From Cyclobacteriaceae bacterium (GTDB lineage Bacteria; Bacteroidota; Bacteroidia; Cytophagales; Cyclobacteriaceae), in the NCBI GenBank assembly GCA_965228415.1, contig OZ245814.1:2001125-2065124 (forward strand): a stretch of 64,000 nt of DNA, read 5' to 3'. Positions 39,001-48,054 of this stretch are shown here, piece by piece. The notes beneath the pieces are model-generated. The model had not been told where the DNA came from. It ran no database searches and saw only the letters and a list, made by a program, of their open reading frames with translations. A program made the translations under genes and the position numbers. Position 1 is the first letter of the stretch. Each line of letters starts with the position of its first letter.

Positions 39001-40965
39001 CTCAGGTTCTTAAAGTCGGGAGATTTACTGAGATATTCGTCAGAAGCCAGAGCCTGTGCTACCCTATACTGGAAAGTTTTCATTTCGGCAGAAAACAAAA
39101 ACCATCTTAACCATCAGTTAAAGGGTGTCGGCACCATCCTGAAAGTATTCCCTGAAACCAGAGAATTTGATGATATCAAACTGGTATTACAAAGAAAAAT
39201 TGAAGCCTTTGTAGGTGACACTGGTCTGTTTGACAGCACCGTTTGCCATCAGGCAGCTGAATATTTATTCCATGAGGTAAACCGGGGCGACAGGTTTATT
39301 ATCGATGTGGAATCGGCCAGACTCTATGAGGGGTTTTTTCAATACCTCGGCAAAAAAAAGGCAAAAAAAGAGTTCGACCGATCTATTGCACAAATTGCTG
39401 CCGACTCTTTGGCAAAATACAGATTAATTCAGCACTGGCTGCGGGCCTTTGTCCGGTCCGGCGATAAAATCACCGGTGATGAATACATCAACGAAACCGC
39501 TGCCATCATTTTAACGGACTCCTTTAAACCCAACCACGTAATTCATGTCGCCTTAAAAGAGACGCTGCAAGGTTTATTGGGTACACATAGCATGATTAAA
39601 GACAAGAAGTATGAGCTGGACTATAATGCCTTTACTCTGAAACTGGATAATTTTGAAAAGCAGGTAGTTCCTAAATACCACAAATTTCTGCAATTAAAGA
39701 AAGAGATTTCCACCACTTATAGCGAAGCGCTGAGGCTGGAGGAATTCAGACCAAGAATTTTATCATCATTCGTAAGAAATCAATTAATAGATAGCGTATA
39801 CCTTCCACTGATAGGTGCCAATCTGGCAAAACAGATTGGAACCGTCGGAGAAAACAAGAGAACCGACCTGATGGGCATGTTATTGCTAATTTCCCCACCT
39901 GGCTACGGCAAAACCACCCTCATGGAATATATTGCTAATCGCCTGGGGCTCATATTTATGAAAATAAACGGCCCCGCTATCGGCCATCAGGTTACCGCTG
40001 TTGATCCGGCGGAAGCTACAAATGCCGGTGCCAGAGAGGAGTTGGAAAAATTAAACCTTGCATTCGAGATGGGTGACAACGTGATGATTTACCTAGATGA
40101 CATTCAACATTGTAATCCGGAGTTTCTGCAAAAATTCATCTCACTCTGCGATGGTCAAAGAAAAATTGAGGGAATATATAAAGGCAAGAGTAAAACCTAC
40201 GATTTCAAGGGGAAAAAGGTTTGTGTGGTGATGGCCGGCAATCCCTATACCGAAAGTGGGGAGAAGTTTAGCATTCCCGATATGCTGGCTAACCGGGCAG
40301 ATATTTATAATCTGGGAGATATCATAGGTGATAACGCCAATGTATTTAAGTTGAGCTACCTGGAAAACAGCCTGACCTCTAATCCGGTCATGAATAAACT
40401 GGCGGGAAAAAGTCAGAAGGACCTGTATACCATGATCAAAATTGCTGAAACTGACAACAAGGAAGGGCTTGATTTTGACTACGCTTATGCCACTACTGAA
40501 ATAGATGAATATGTCAACGTTCTGAAAAAACTGCTGAAAGTACGCGATATCATATTAAAGGTCAACATGGCCTATATATACTCCGCTGCGCAAGCCGATG
40601 AATATCGAACTGAGCCACCTTTTAAACTACAGGGGTCTTACAGGGATATGAACAAAATTGCCGAAAAGGTAGTACCTGTGATGAATGAAAAAGAACTGGC
40701 AACCCTGATTGATACTCATTATGAAAATGAGGCACAAACACTGACGACCGGTGCGGAGGCAAATTTATTGAAGTACAAAGAGCTTCAAAAAGCCCTGAAC
40801 GGCCAGGATCAACAAAGGTGGGATGAGATCAAAAAGACCTTTGTCCGCAAACAGCAGCTAAGTGCACTTGGAGGGCAAAATCAGGTAGGACAGGTATTGT
40901 TGCAGATGGAGCATATTAACGACGGATTGAAAGGCATCATCAGTGCCTTGATACAAGATAAATAA
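36034..40965 (+). CDS. Giant (1643 aa) protein with single C-terminal MoxR/AAA_5-like AAA+ module and ~1280-aa coiled-coil-rich N-terminal extension
   Basis: Walker A variant LLLISPPGYGKTTL and Walker B VMIYLDDIQH. MoxR-type sensor/arginine block VVMAGNPYTESGEKFSIPDMLANRAD. The first ~430 aa are beta-rich; residues ~430–1280 are largely helical/coiled-coil. Confidence 0.7.
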   Translation: MTEKKTNNKKKNQNPAAELEAGTYEILSKRLQNNGLQLREKLHRLNESRKEVFGSIDTALITTERINTEHNCIPWDMEPIGNHFIFGYNVHIGLKVEMQLADVFSIYTFKDHGFHAEGLELITDNAFIEDFRKLYKYYKNTRFVKFARIENHLFMIFRVGKGRDDIKTFKWLINGLELVYVDNRSDHEYVFPSQHEFNWKKTNRDFHREGEFPHISIEDKVFVETIGGDLTIKIEDNTDEGKGIYAEKVENIDQRLEDAEIYYTILGNIIILKIRPYQEKNFRYIVYNAKLKEARRIDALKDACVLLPDDYGIIFSNGYYLKTGEFKQFDNQLDNMHFERRIASPNGEDFLYVFYNKDSGVYLLFPYNIIEQKVNTPLTCHGYSIFENGELIILNADNAAKKHHAIQIWQTPYTGPNYQVQGSNNSYLYKIGNKEIVKAMAECHEVISLIEKGDDYENLYADLIGITGDLKDSYHWVAREEAHDLASSLTAIHETASSAISEFEKVNALRKNTREQVALISKETKGLISKIKRQKTDTVNAYVLNLQDLRNIRGKLISLKELRYVDLEAVEGFEKEVEMATANTSGECIKFLLKKDALAPYAQNVTRIERAVQQLEKIVEANQLAEEIAKVSGELELLIEIVTNLKIEDATETTRIVDNISTIYSGFNKIKADLKNKRILLLGVEGKAEFNAQMKLVDQGLINYLDICDTPEKCDEYLTRLMVQLEELEGKFSEFDEFIDKISLKREEIYNGFETRKIALIEAQTKRANTLMQAADRILGAVKSRVSRFESIDEINGYYAGDLMVEKARDIITSLVDLGDTVKSDEIQSRLKAVREEAMRQLKDKKELFLSGENIIQFGNHKFSVNTQPLSLTIVPKGDDMYFHLTGTNFFEKINDAGFNDCKAVWDQAHVSENPQVYKGEYLAYKIIKSKPSGSGAAQNIAVLTPEQLIKLDQKKLKNYVQQFMATRYHEAYIKGVHDHDAIMILNVLLRFLKSGDLLRYSSEARACATLYWKVFISAENKNHLNHQLKGVGTILKVFPETREFDDIKLVLQRKIEAFVGDTGLFDSTVCHQAAEYLFHEVNRGDRFIIDVESARLYEGFFQYLGKKKAKKEFDRSIAQIAADSLAKYRLIQHWLRAFVRSGDKITGDEYINETAAIILTDSFKPNHVIHVALKETLQGLLGTHSMIKDKKYELDYNAFTLKLDNFEKQVVPKYHKFLQLKKEISTTYSEALRLEEFRPRILSSFVRNQLIDSVYLPLIGANLAKQIGTVGENKRTDLMGMLLLISPPGYGKTTLMEYIANRLGLIFMKINGPAIGHQVTAVDPAEATNAGAREELEKLNLAFEMGDNVMIYLDDIQHCNPEFLQKFISLCDGQRKIEGIYKGKSKTYDFKGKKVCVVMAGNPYTESGEKFSIPDMLANRADIYNLGDIIGDNANVFKLSYLENSLTSNPVMNKLAGKSQKDLYTMIKIAETDNKEGLDFDYAYATTEIDEYVNVLKKLLKVRDIILKVNMAYIYSAAQADEYRTEPPFKLQGSYRDMNKIAEKVVPVMNEKELATLIDTHYENEAQTLTTGAEANLLKYKELQKALNGQDQQRWDEIKKTFVRKQQLSALGGQNQVGQVLLQMEHINDGLKGIISALIQDK

Positions 40966-41056
40966 ATAGTTTTTCCTTTTGCTAGCTTTTATATAAAGGA
41001 AATTTAGCTATGGCCATAGCTCTGTATCATTTTATTCACTTTAAACCAATAAAATT

Positions 41057-41314
41057 ATGGGATACCTGGGCTTTGGAATGCGCAAGGAAGTTTATGCACG
41101 AAAACCTAAATCCGCATTCAAAAAAATAAAAAAAATCTATGGCAAGCACCTGGATTTGCCAAAATCGCCTTTGAAATTAACACCTGACCAAACGAGTCCA
41201 TACCGGCAAAAAAAATCAATCCATCTGTTAGATACCGCCGCTTTTAAGGTATTTATCTTTCTGATTTTAGTTGGAAGTGTGTTACTTATCATGCACTTGT
41301 TAGGATCAATATAA
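41057..41314 (+). CDS. Small hypothetical protein with C-terminal TM (85 aa)
   Basis: Basic N-terminus and a C-terminal hydrophobic helix; lies just downstream of the giant gene. This is a weak call. Confidence 0.25.
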   Translation: MGYLGFGMRKEVYARKPKSAFKKIKKIYGKHLDLPKSPLKLTPDQTSPYRQKKSIHLLDTAAFKVFIFLILVGSVLLIMHLLGSI

Positions 41315-41362
41315 TTCCGGGTAAATCAACTTAATATCGGACAGGTAATTTGTTCTTATCCT

Positions 41363-41399
41363 AAAAATCACGGCTATCTTACTGTTTGAGATAGCCGTG
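41363..41399 (-). terminator. Putative terminator downstream of aminotransferase gene (minus strand)
   Basis: 11-bp perfect inverted repeat CACGGCTATCT/AGATAGCCGTG with a 9-nt loop. An A-tract on the plus side gives a U-tract on the minus strand. Confidence 0.5.
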
Positions 41400-41573
41400 A
41401 GCTATGCTTAATAGATAATGATTTTATGTCTTGTTATTTGCTGATTTTGCTCAATATTGAGAATATAGATACCATTGCGTAATTCGGCATTTGGCTTAAT
41501 ACTGACGTTTGTCCCCATATTCTGAGGATCTATTAAGTCATAGTAGTAACGTTTTCCTGAAATATCCGGACCA

Positions 41574-42689
41574 TTAACCCATAATTGTCTTTAAAGCTGC
41601 CAGTAACATATTTACATGATTTTTTGAGGAACTTTCGCCCATCAAACCGATACGCCAGATTTTACCGGCCAGATCGCCGAGTCCTCCTCCTATTTCGATA
41701 TCATATTCTTCCAGGAGTCTTTTCCGGACGTCAGCATCATCCAGTCCCTGAGGAAGTACCACAGCATTCAGCATAGGCAGCCGGAATTCGGGTTCCACAA
41801 GAAACTCAAAACCCAGCTCTTTTAATCCTTCCCGTAACAATTCATGATTTTGCTGGTGGCGGATAAATCGGTTTTGCAACCCTTCCTCCATCACAAGTTG
41901 TAACGCCTCCCGCAAGGCAAACATAGCCGATACAGGGGCAGTATGGTGGTATGCCCTTTTGGCGCCTTGCCAATAGTTTTTCACCATAGTCAGGTCTAAA
42001 AACCAACTTTGTACTTTGGTTTTCCTTTCATCCAACACTTTTATTGCCCGGTCGCTAAACGATACAGGCGATAAACCGGGAGGGGCGCTCAGGCACTTTT
42101 GAGTCCCGGAATAAAGCGCATCAATCTGCCATTCATCCATTTTAATCTCTGCACCACAAAAAGAGGTGACTGCATCGACGACAAATAAGGCTCCAGCATC
42201 ATGGGCAAGTTCACTTAAGGTTTCCAAAGGTTGCAAAACGCCGGTAGAAGTTTCAGCATGCACGACTGCAACCAGCTTTGGTGAACAGCTTTGCAGTGCC
42301 TGCTCTACCTGGGCAGGATCGATTGGCGCTCCCCAGGGTGCATCTACCCGAATTAATTTGGCACCGCAGCGTTCTACAATATCACTCATTCTATTACCAA
42401 ACACCCCATTAACACAGATCAACGCCTCGTCTCCCGGCTCCAACAGATTTACCAGGCAAGTTTCCATTCCAGCGCTACCCGGAGCTGAAACGGCAAAGGT
42501 AAGGTGATTTTTCGTTTGAAGGGCTTGTTGCAACATTAGCTTAATATCATCCATCACCTCAAGAAACTGCGGATCAAGATGGCCCACAAGCGGTGTAGCC
42601 ATCGCTTTTAATACACGAGGATGAACATTGCTGGGTCCGGGACCCATTAAGACTCTGGCACTGGTGTTTAAGGCTTCCTGATACGACAT
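41574..42689 (-). CDS. Class-V aminotransferase (alanine-glyoxylate / serine-pyruvate aminotransferase-like)
   Basis: AGXT-family N-terminus ([17 protein letters not shown]...[10 protein letters not shown]) and a PLP-Lys region; 371 aa. Confidence 0.85.
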   Translation of the reverse strand: MSYQEALNTSARVLMGPGPSNVHPRVLKAMATPLVGHLDPQFLEVMDDIKLMLQQALQTKNHLTFAVSAPGSAGMETCLVNLLEPGDEALICVNGVFGNRMSDIVERCGAKLIRVDAPWGAPIDPAQVEQALQSCSPKLVAVVHAETSTGVLQPLETLSELAHDAGALFVVDAVTSFCGAEIKMDEWQIDALYSGTQKCLSAPPGLSPVSFSDRAIKVLDERKTKVQSWFLDLTMVKNYWQGAKRAYHHTAPVSAMFALREALQLVMEEGLQNRFIRHQQNHELLREGLKELGFEFLVEPEFRLPMLNAVVLPQGLDDADVRKRLLEEYDIEIGGGLGDLAGKIWRIGLMGESSSKNHVNMLLAALKTIMG

Positions 42690-42842
42690 AGATTTTTGAT
42701 TCTTAGTTTCTCGATTTTAATTCTTGATATTAAGTTTGCGATTTGGTTGCTGGACAAGGCTTGTGAGAAAGGCTCATCCATATTGCTTAAGATACCTAAT
42801 TGGGTAAGCGCTGTTGCACGAGCAATGTTTTGGTCTTAGCGC

Positions 42843-44540
42843 CTAGTCTGGGATCAAAGGATCTCCAACTTGCAAAAAGTTTATGGCCATCAATCCCAGT
42901 ATTCCTACTATCAGGACATAATAAACAGTAGGAATAATGGTTTTACGTAAAGTGTTTCCCTCCTGCCCCAGCAACCCTACCGTTGCCGATGCAGCCACTA
43001 CATTATGGATGGCGATCATATTGCCGGCTGCGGCTCCTACTGCCTGCAAAGCCACAACAGTCGCCATTGGCAAAATGAGGCTTTTAGCCACCCCAAACTG
43101 AAATAGACTGAACATAAGATTGCTGACAGTATTACTTCCGGCAATAAATGCACCCAACGCGCCAATGGAGGGGGCAAACAATGGCCAGATAATACCGACA
43201 TTACCAGCTACCCATTCAGCCATGGCAATAGGCATGCCTGATATGCCCAGCTCGTTTACGCCGGAATTGATGTATATTCTCACCATGGGAACAGTAAAAA
43301 TCAGCACGAAACCCGCGCCAAAAACCATTTTAGAGGAATCATTGATTGCTTTACCCAGTTGCGGCAATGTCATTTTATGCAAAAAATAAGTGATAATTCC
43401 AACTAAAATCAAGATGGTTCCAGGCAAATAAAGTGGTGTACTTGCACCGTTAACACCGGTATCCAGGATATCTAACCAGCTAAATTTCACACTTGTCAGG
43501 AATGCTTTAAATGGCAACTGCGGTAAACGGGAAATTACCAGCAATAGCGCCAGCAGCAGATAGGGAAGCCAGGCGCGGGAGATACTCATGGGCTTTGTAG
43601 CTGTTAACGCTTCTACTTTAATCTCTATTTTTCCCATCCAATGCTTTGGCCATGTTTCCCTGGGAGCAAAGTCCCAATCCTGCTTGGGAGTTAAAACTTT
43701 TTTCTTTGCCAGAAAAGTTATTAATATCATGCCTATCAGGGAGCCCAGTAGGGAGGGGAATTCAGGGCCCAGGAAAATGCCTGTCAGTAAATATGGAATC
43801 GTAAACGCCAACCCACCGATAAGTGCAAAAGGAAATATCGCCAACCCCTCTTTCCAGGATTTGTTTTTACCAAAGTACCGCGTCATCATGGCACACATAA
43901 AAAGTGGCATGATGGTTCCTGCGATGGCGTGAAATATGGCAACGTTGACCGTTATCAGCTGCAAATAATCGCCAAACTCCCATCCCGCTGAGGCCAGCTG
44001 CGCATTAAGATCCGGGTTTTCCAGTCCTCCTTTAATACCCACCAAAACGGGCGTGCCAACGGCTCCAAAAGTAACCGGTGTACTTTGTACCATCATACCA
44101 AGCATAACGGCTGCTGCTGCCGGAAAACCAAGCGCTACCATCAGTGGCGCGGTAATAGCCGCCGGCGTACCAAACCCTGCCGCACCTTCAATGAAGGCAC
44201 CAAACAGCCATATAGCAATTACCACCTGTACCCGCCGGTCGGTACTTATGACTGAAAAGCCGGCTCGGATTACCTGGATGGCCCCGGAATATTTCAATAT
44301 ATTCAGTAATAATATAGCGCCGAAAATTATATACAGAATATCGAAGGTAATAAACAACCCTTGAATAGTTGATGCAATAACTCTTTGGAAAGTCATCCCC
44401 CAGCCTGAAATCACGATTACTACCGTCAGCAAATAGGCCAGTGGCATGGTACGGCTTGCAGGCCACCGGAAACCAATCAACATAACCGCCACACCCAAAA
44501 TTGGAAGAACGGCCAGCAAGGTTTGTAGATCCGGGGACAT
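42843..44540 (-). CDS. L-lactate permease (LctP family)
   Basis: 565 aa, 12–14 TM helices, with LctP N-terminal and central blocks. Confidence 0.8.
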   Translation of the reverse strand: MSPDLQTLLAVLPILGVAVMLIGFRWPASRTMPLAYLLTVVIVISGWGMTFQRVIASTIQGLFITFDILYIIFGAILLLNILKYSGAIQVIRAGFSVISTDRRVQVVIAIWLFGAFIEGAAGFGTPAAITAPLMVALGFPAAAAVMLGMMVQSTPVTFGAVGTPVLVGIKGGLENPDLNAQLASAGWEFGDYLQLITVNVAIFHAIAGTIMPLFMCAMMTRYFGKNKSWKEGLAIFPFALIGGLAFTIPYLLTGIFLGPEFPSLLGSLIGMILITFLAKKKVLTPKQDWDFAPRETWPKHWMGKIEIKVEALTATKPMSISRAWLPYLLLALLLVISRLPQLPFKAFLTSVKFSWLDILDTGVNGASTPLYLPGTILILVGIITYFLHKMTLPQLGKAINDSSKMVFGAGFVLIFTVPMVRIYINSGVNELGISGMPIAMAEWVAGNVGIIWPLFAPSIGALGAFIAGSNTVSNLMFSLFQFGVAKSLILPMATVVALQAVGAAAGNMIAIHNVVAASATVGLLGQEGNTLRKTIIPTVYYVLIVGILGLMAINFLQVGDPLIPD

Positions 44541-44834
44541 AAATTATTTTTTTACAGTCGATAAAGTGGCTATTTGTTTAGGATCAAAAGTCAACAATCA
44601 GGGCAAACAATTGATATAGCAAATAACATCTTGTTAAATTGTAGCAATCCTGAAAATCATTCGGATCACCAGTTCAATGCCATATTCTTGGGTTCACCAG
44701 TTGTTTACTTTTTGAATTGCCTCACAAAAAATTGGCATTACCAAATCCTAATCCAGCCACCTCAGACGTGCCGGGTTCAGGCAAGCATTCGGTTAATCTA
44801 TTACCTTTTAACTTAAAAATCAAGAAAAATTATT

Positions 44835-46958
44835 TCAGGGCATAAGCTGTTTGATGGCCAGGGCTGTTTCAGTAACCGGCAAACGACAGGATTTGTCCTG
44901 ACACACGTAAATGGTTGTTTTACCATCCACCAGCTTATTTTCCAATAAAGGCAGTTTTCCTTCCTCTTTCCCTCCCATAAAGAAAACATTGGGTAGGTAA
45001 CTTTGGTCAAATTCCTTTCTTATATTTTCAAAATCATTGCCTACAATAGCCACCTCATAGGGTTGCGCAATCATCCAACTCATCAAAACGGACCAATTGG
45101 CATAATAGGGGCCGCCTTCCACCAAACTCTCTTTTACGTTATTCAGCATTTGTTTAGATTTCTCCACCCACTCAGGCTTGTATAAATATTGACCCAACAT
45201 ATACAAATTTTTCGCCATCACAGAATTGGAGGAGGGGATTACATTGTCCGGCACTTCAGTTTTCCTTGCCACCAGGGCAGGGTCCAGGTCTGACGTATAA
45301 TAAAACATACCGTTTTCAGAGTTGTAAAAATGCACCAATGTATAATCCAATAATTTTTCAGCCTTAAACAGCCACTCTTCGTCGAAGGTGGCCTGATACA
45401 AACTGATAAAAGCATCTATAGTAAACGCATAGTCTTCTAAAAATCCGTTGATGCTCGCTTTTCCATCCTTAAAACTCCGCATCAACCTGTAGTCATCCTG
45501 CATCACATGATTGAGTATCAAGGCAGCATTGGATTTAGCCTTATCTAGAAATTCTTTTTCGTTAAATGCCCTATAGGCGTCCACATAACCCTTAAGCATC
45601 AATGCATTAAGACTCGTTAGGGCCTTGTCATCCAGGCCGGGCTTTTCTCTTTTATCCCTAACCTCAAATAGTTTCTTCCTGGAGTCTGCTATTCGTTTAT
45701 GAAGTTCATCGATTGTAATGCCGAATTTCTCAGCTATCTCATTGTCAGTCTGTGTTTTCAGCAATATATTCTTACCTTCCTCCCAGTTACCTTCTTCCTC
45801 TACCGAATAATAGGCATTGAACACTTCTGCCTTATCACCCAGCAAGGCATCGATCTCTGATTTTTGCCAAACGTAAAACTTACCTTCTTCTCCCTCACTA
45901 TCAGCATCCAGTGAGGAATAAAATGCCCCGGAGGAGGCTGTTAGCTCCCGTTCAACAAATTCCAGTGTTTCATAGACTACCTGTTTATATAGCGGTTTTT
46001 TGGTCATCTGGAACGCGTGGGAATAGAGAGTAACCAACTGTGCATTATCATAAAGCATTTTCTCAAAATGTGGCACCTTCCAGTAAATGTCTGTCGAATA
46101 CCTGGCAAATCCACCACCAATTTGGTCGTATATGCCACCGAAGGCCATTTTATCAAGCGTCGTCAGCACCGCCTTTTGTGCAGACTCATCTCCGGTTAAA
46201 AATGCATATTTCAAGAGAAATTCCTGTCCGACAGGCATGGGGAATTTGGGTGCTCTTTTTTGACCTCCCAATTCATAATCGATGATAGGCTCCCAATTCG
46301 AGAACACCGCCTTCAAATCTTCTAAACTGTAGATCTGTTCTTCTTCAATCTTTGGAACTAACCCCACGGTATTAATTCCTTCTGTAATCTTCTCTGCCTG
46401 TTCATTCACCTTATCCGGACTTTTTATATATACATCCTGAATTTTATGCAATAAATTAAGCCAATTCTCCTTCGGGAAATAAGTGCCGGCAAATATAGGC
46501 CTTCCGTCAGGCAGTGCAATGGCATTCAGCGGCCATCCTCCCCTACCGGTAAGCAACTCCGCGGCACCCTGGTAAATCTGGTCGACATCGGGTCTTTCCT
46601 CCCGATCCACCTTAATTGATATAAAATTCTTGTTCATGATCTCCGCTACCGTTGAGTCTTCAAAGGACTCGTCTTCCATGACATGGCACCAGTGACAGGC
46701 AGCATAACCAATACTGATAATCATCAGCTTATTCTCATCCTTGGCTTTTTCCAGGGCTTCTTCTCCCCAGGGATACCAATCCACCGGATTATGTGCATGT
46801 TGCAAAAGATAAGGGCTGCTTTGGTTAACCAGCCTGTTTGTAAATGTATGACCGTCAGTTTGTTTCAAGTGATTGGATTTTTGTCCGCACGAATTATTTA
46901 TAATAATACATAATGACAGCCACAATACTATTTTTATTTTAATATTTATCATCATCAT
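44835..46958 (-). CDS. Thioredoxin-domain protein YyaL/DUF255 + (alpha/alpha)6 barrel
   Basis: Matches the DUF255/YyaL family at [43 protein letters not shown] and [13 protein letters not shown]. Carries a signal peptide. Confidence 0.85.
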   Translation of the reverse strand: MMMINIKIKIVLWLSLCIIINNSCGQKSNHLKQTDGHTFTNRLVNQSSPYLLQHAHNPVDWYPWGEEALEKAKDENKLMIISIGYAACHWCHVMEDESFEDSTVAEIMNKNFISIKVDREERPDVDQIYQGAAELLTGRGGWPLNAIALPDGRPIFAGTYFPKENWLNLLHKIQDVYIKSPDKVNEQAEKITEGINTVGLVPKIEEEQIYSLEDLKAVFSNWEPIIDYELGGQKRAPKFPMPVGQEFLLKYAFLTGDESAQKAVLTTLDKMAFGGIYDQIGGGFARYSTDIYWKVPHFEKMLYDNAQLVTLYSHAFQMTKKPLYKQVVYETLEFVERELTASSGAFYSSLDADSEGEEGKFYVWQKSEIDALLGDKAEVFNAYYSVEEEGNWEEGKNILLKTQTDNEIAEKFGITIDELHKRIADSRKKLFEVRDKREKPGLDDKALTSLNALMLKGYVDAYRAFNEKEFLDKAKSNAALILNHVMQDDYRLMRSFKDGKASINGFLEDYAFTIDAFISLYQATFDEEWLFKAEKLLDYTLVHFYNSENGMFYYTSDLDPALVARKTEVPDNVIPSSNSVMAKNLYMLGQYLYKPEWVEKSKQMLNNVKESLVEGGPYYANWSVLMSWMIAQPYEVAIVGNDFENIRKEFDQSYLPNVFFMGGKEEGKLPLLENKLVDGKTTIYVCQDKSCRLPVTETALAIKQLMP

Positions 46959-47034
46959 TCAGTCAACAGAAGTATATACTTCATTTCACGGAAACAATCA
47001 ATTAAGGTTAATAATGTGGTCAAAGTTCCCAACA

Positions 47035-47706
47035 TTAAAAAAAATAAAATACAATGCCGATACGGTAAAGAAATTTTCCACTCGTAATCTTTAAATTTTC
47101 GTCGTCTACGTTTACCAGGTTTTTATACACATAGTCTGCGCCAATTTGCAGGGCAACATCTTTTGTTTCATTGAGGAATATATCATATCCTAACCCACCT
47201 GTGGCATAGATCCCATTGTAATTTGTATTGGTTACGGAACTGCCGCTTTCAATTTTGAGATTTTGTATTCCATAACCACCCAAGGCCTGAAAGAATAACT
47301 GATCAATAAAATACCACCGTATAAATGGCCCTCCGAAAAAATCCACGGCCGTTGTTTCATCTCCATCAGCGCCATCTATGTATTCTACATCCAGAGTCAG
47401 TCCCAAACCAATAGCAAATCTATCCATTATAAAATATCCACCCTGAGCCGTGCCCCATATGTCCATTGTACTTATTTCTGTTTGCGTGTTGGGAGAGATG
47501 TCAATTTTATCTTTGCCATGCATAAGACCAAAATTCGCATTAAGCAATAAATCATCTTTTAAATATAATTCATCGTCGTTGGTAGTATAGGGAAGCAGCC
47601 GGTCTATTGACGGCGTTTGACTTGTGTCCTCGGATTCCGTTTCCTGTGCAAACAACGGACTGGCAAGCAGTACACACAGCAATAAAATGATGGCATTTAA
47701 TTTCAT
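47035..47706 (-). CDS. Small outer-membrane beta-barrel protein (OMP_b-brl type)
   Basis: Signal peptide, alternating beta pattern and a C-terminal aromatic terminus (IGIVFYFF). Confidence 0.6.
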   Translation of the reverse strand: MKLNAIILLLCVLLASPLFAQETESEDTSQTPSIDRLLPYTTNDDELYLKDDLLLNANFGLMHGKDKIDISPNTQTEISTMDIWGTAQGGYFIMDRFAIGLGLTLDVEYIDGADGDETTAVDFFGGPFIRWYFIDQLFFQALGGYGIQNLKIESGSSVTNTNYNGIYATGGLGYDIFLNETKDVALQIGADYVYKNLVNVDDENLKITSGKFLYRIGIVFYFF

Positions 47707-48054
47707 GAACGTTACTAGGGTTAAGTAATATATTTAGTTGACTGTCTTTAAGTTATTGCAAAATAGTCCCAATTAATATAAAAAATCATGATTATGTCAA
47801 GAAATTTGACTTCTTAACAGATTAAATCAGCAATTGGCCTGGTAAAATTAAACCTTATGATTTCGGTTTTTTGCCAATTATAATCAGCAATTTCAGACTA
47901 CAAAGCTTCGCAAAGGTAAATTTTTTAAGGAAATATTACATATTTAAGTCACGCCCGGTTTGTTCTTTATTTTGACTGTCAATTTACCTAAATTGATATA
48001 AGCTTAATTCTAAATGAAGAAAGCTAAATGTAACAATCAATAAGTGAAACAGCC

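Noticed and set aside
44813-45010. 65-aa ORF overlapping the C-terminus of the YyaL-like gene
   Set aside because: It is an alternative frame of a well-supported CDS.
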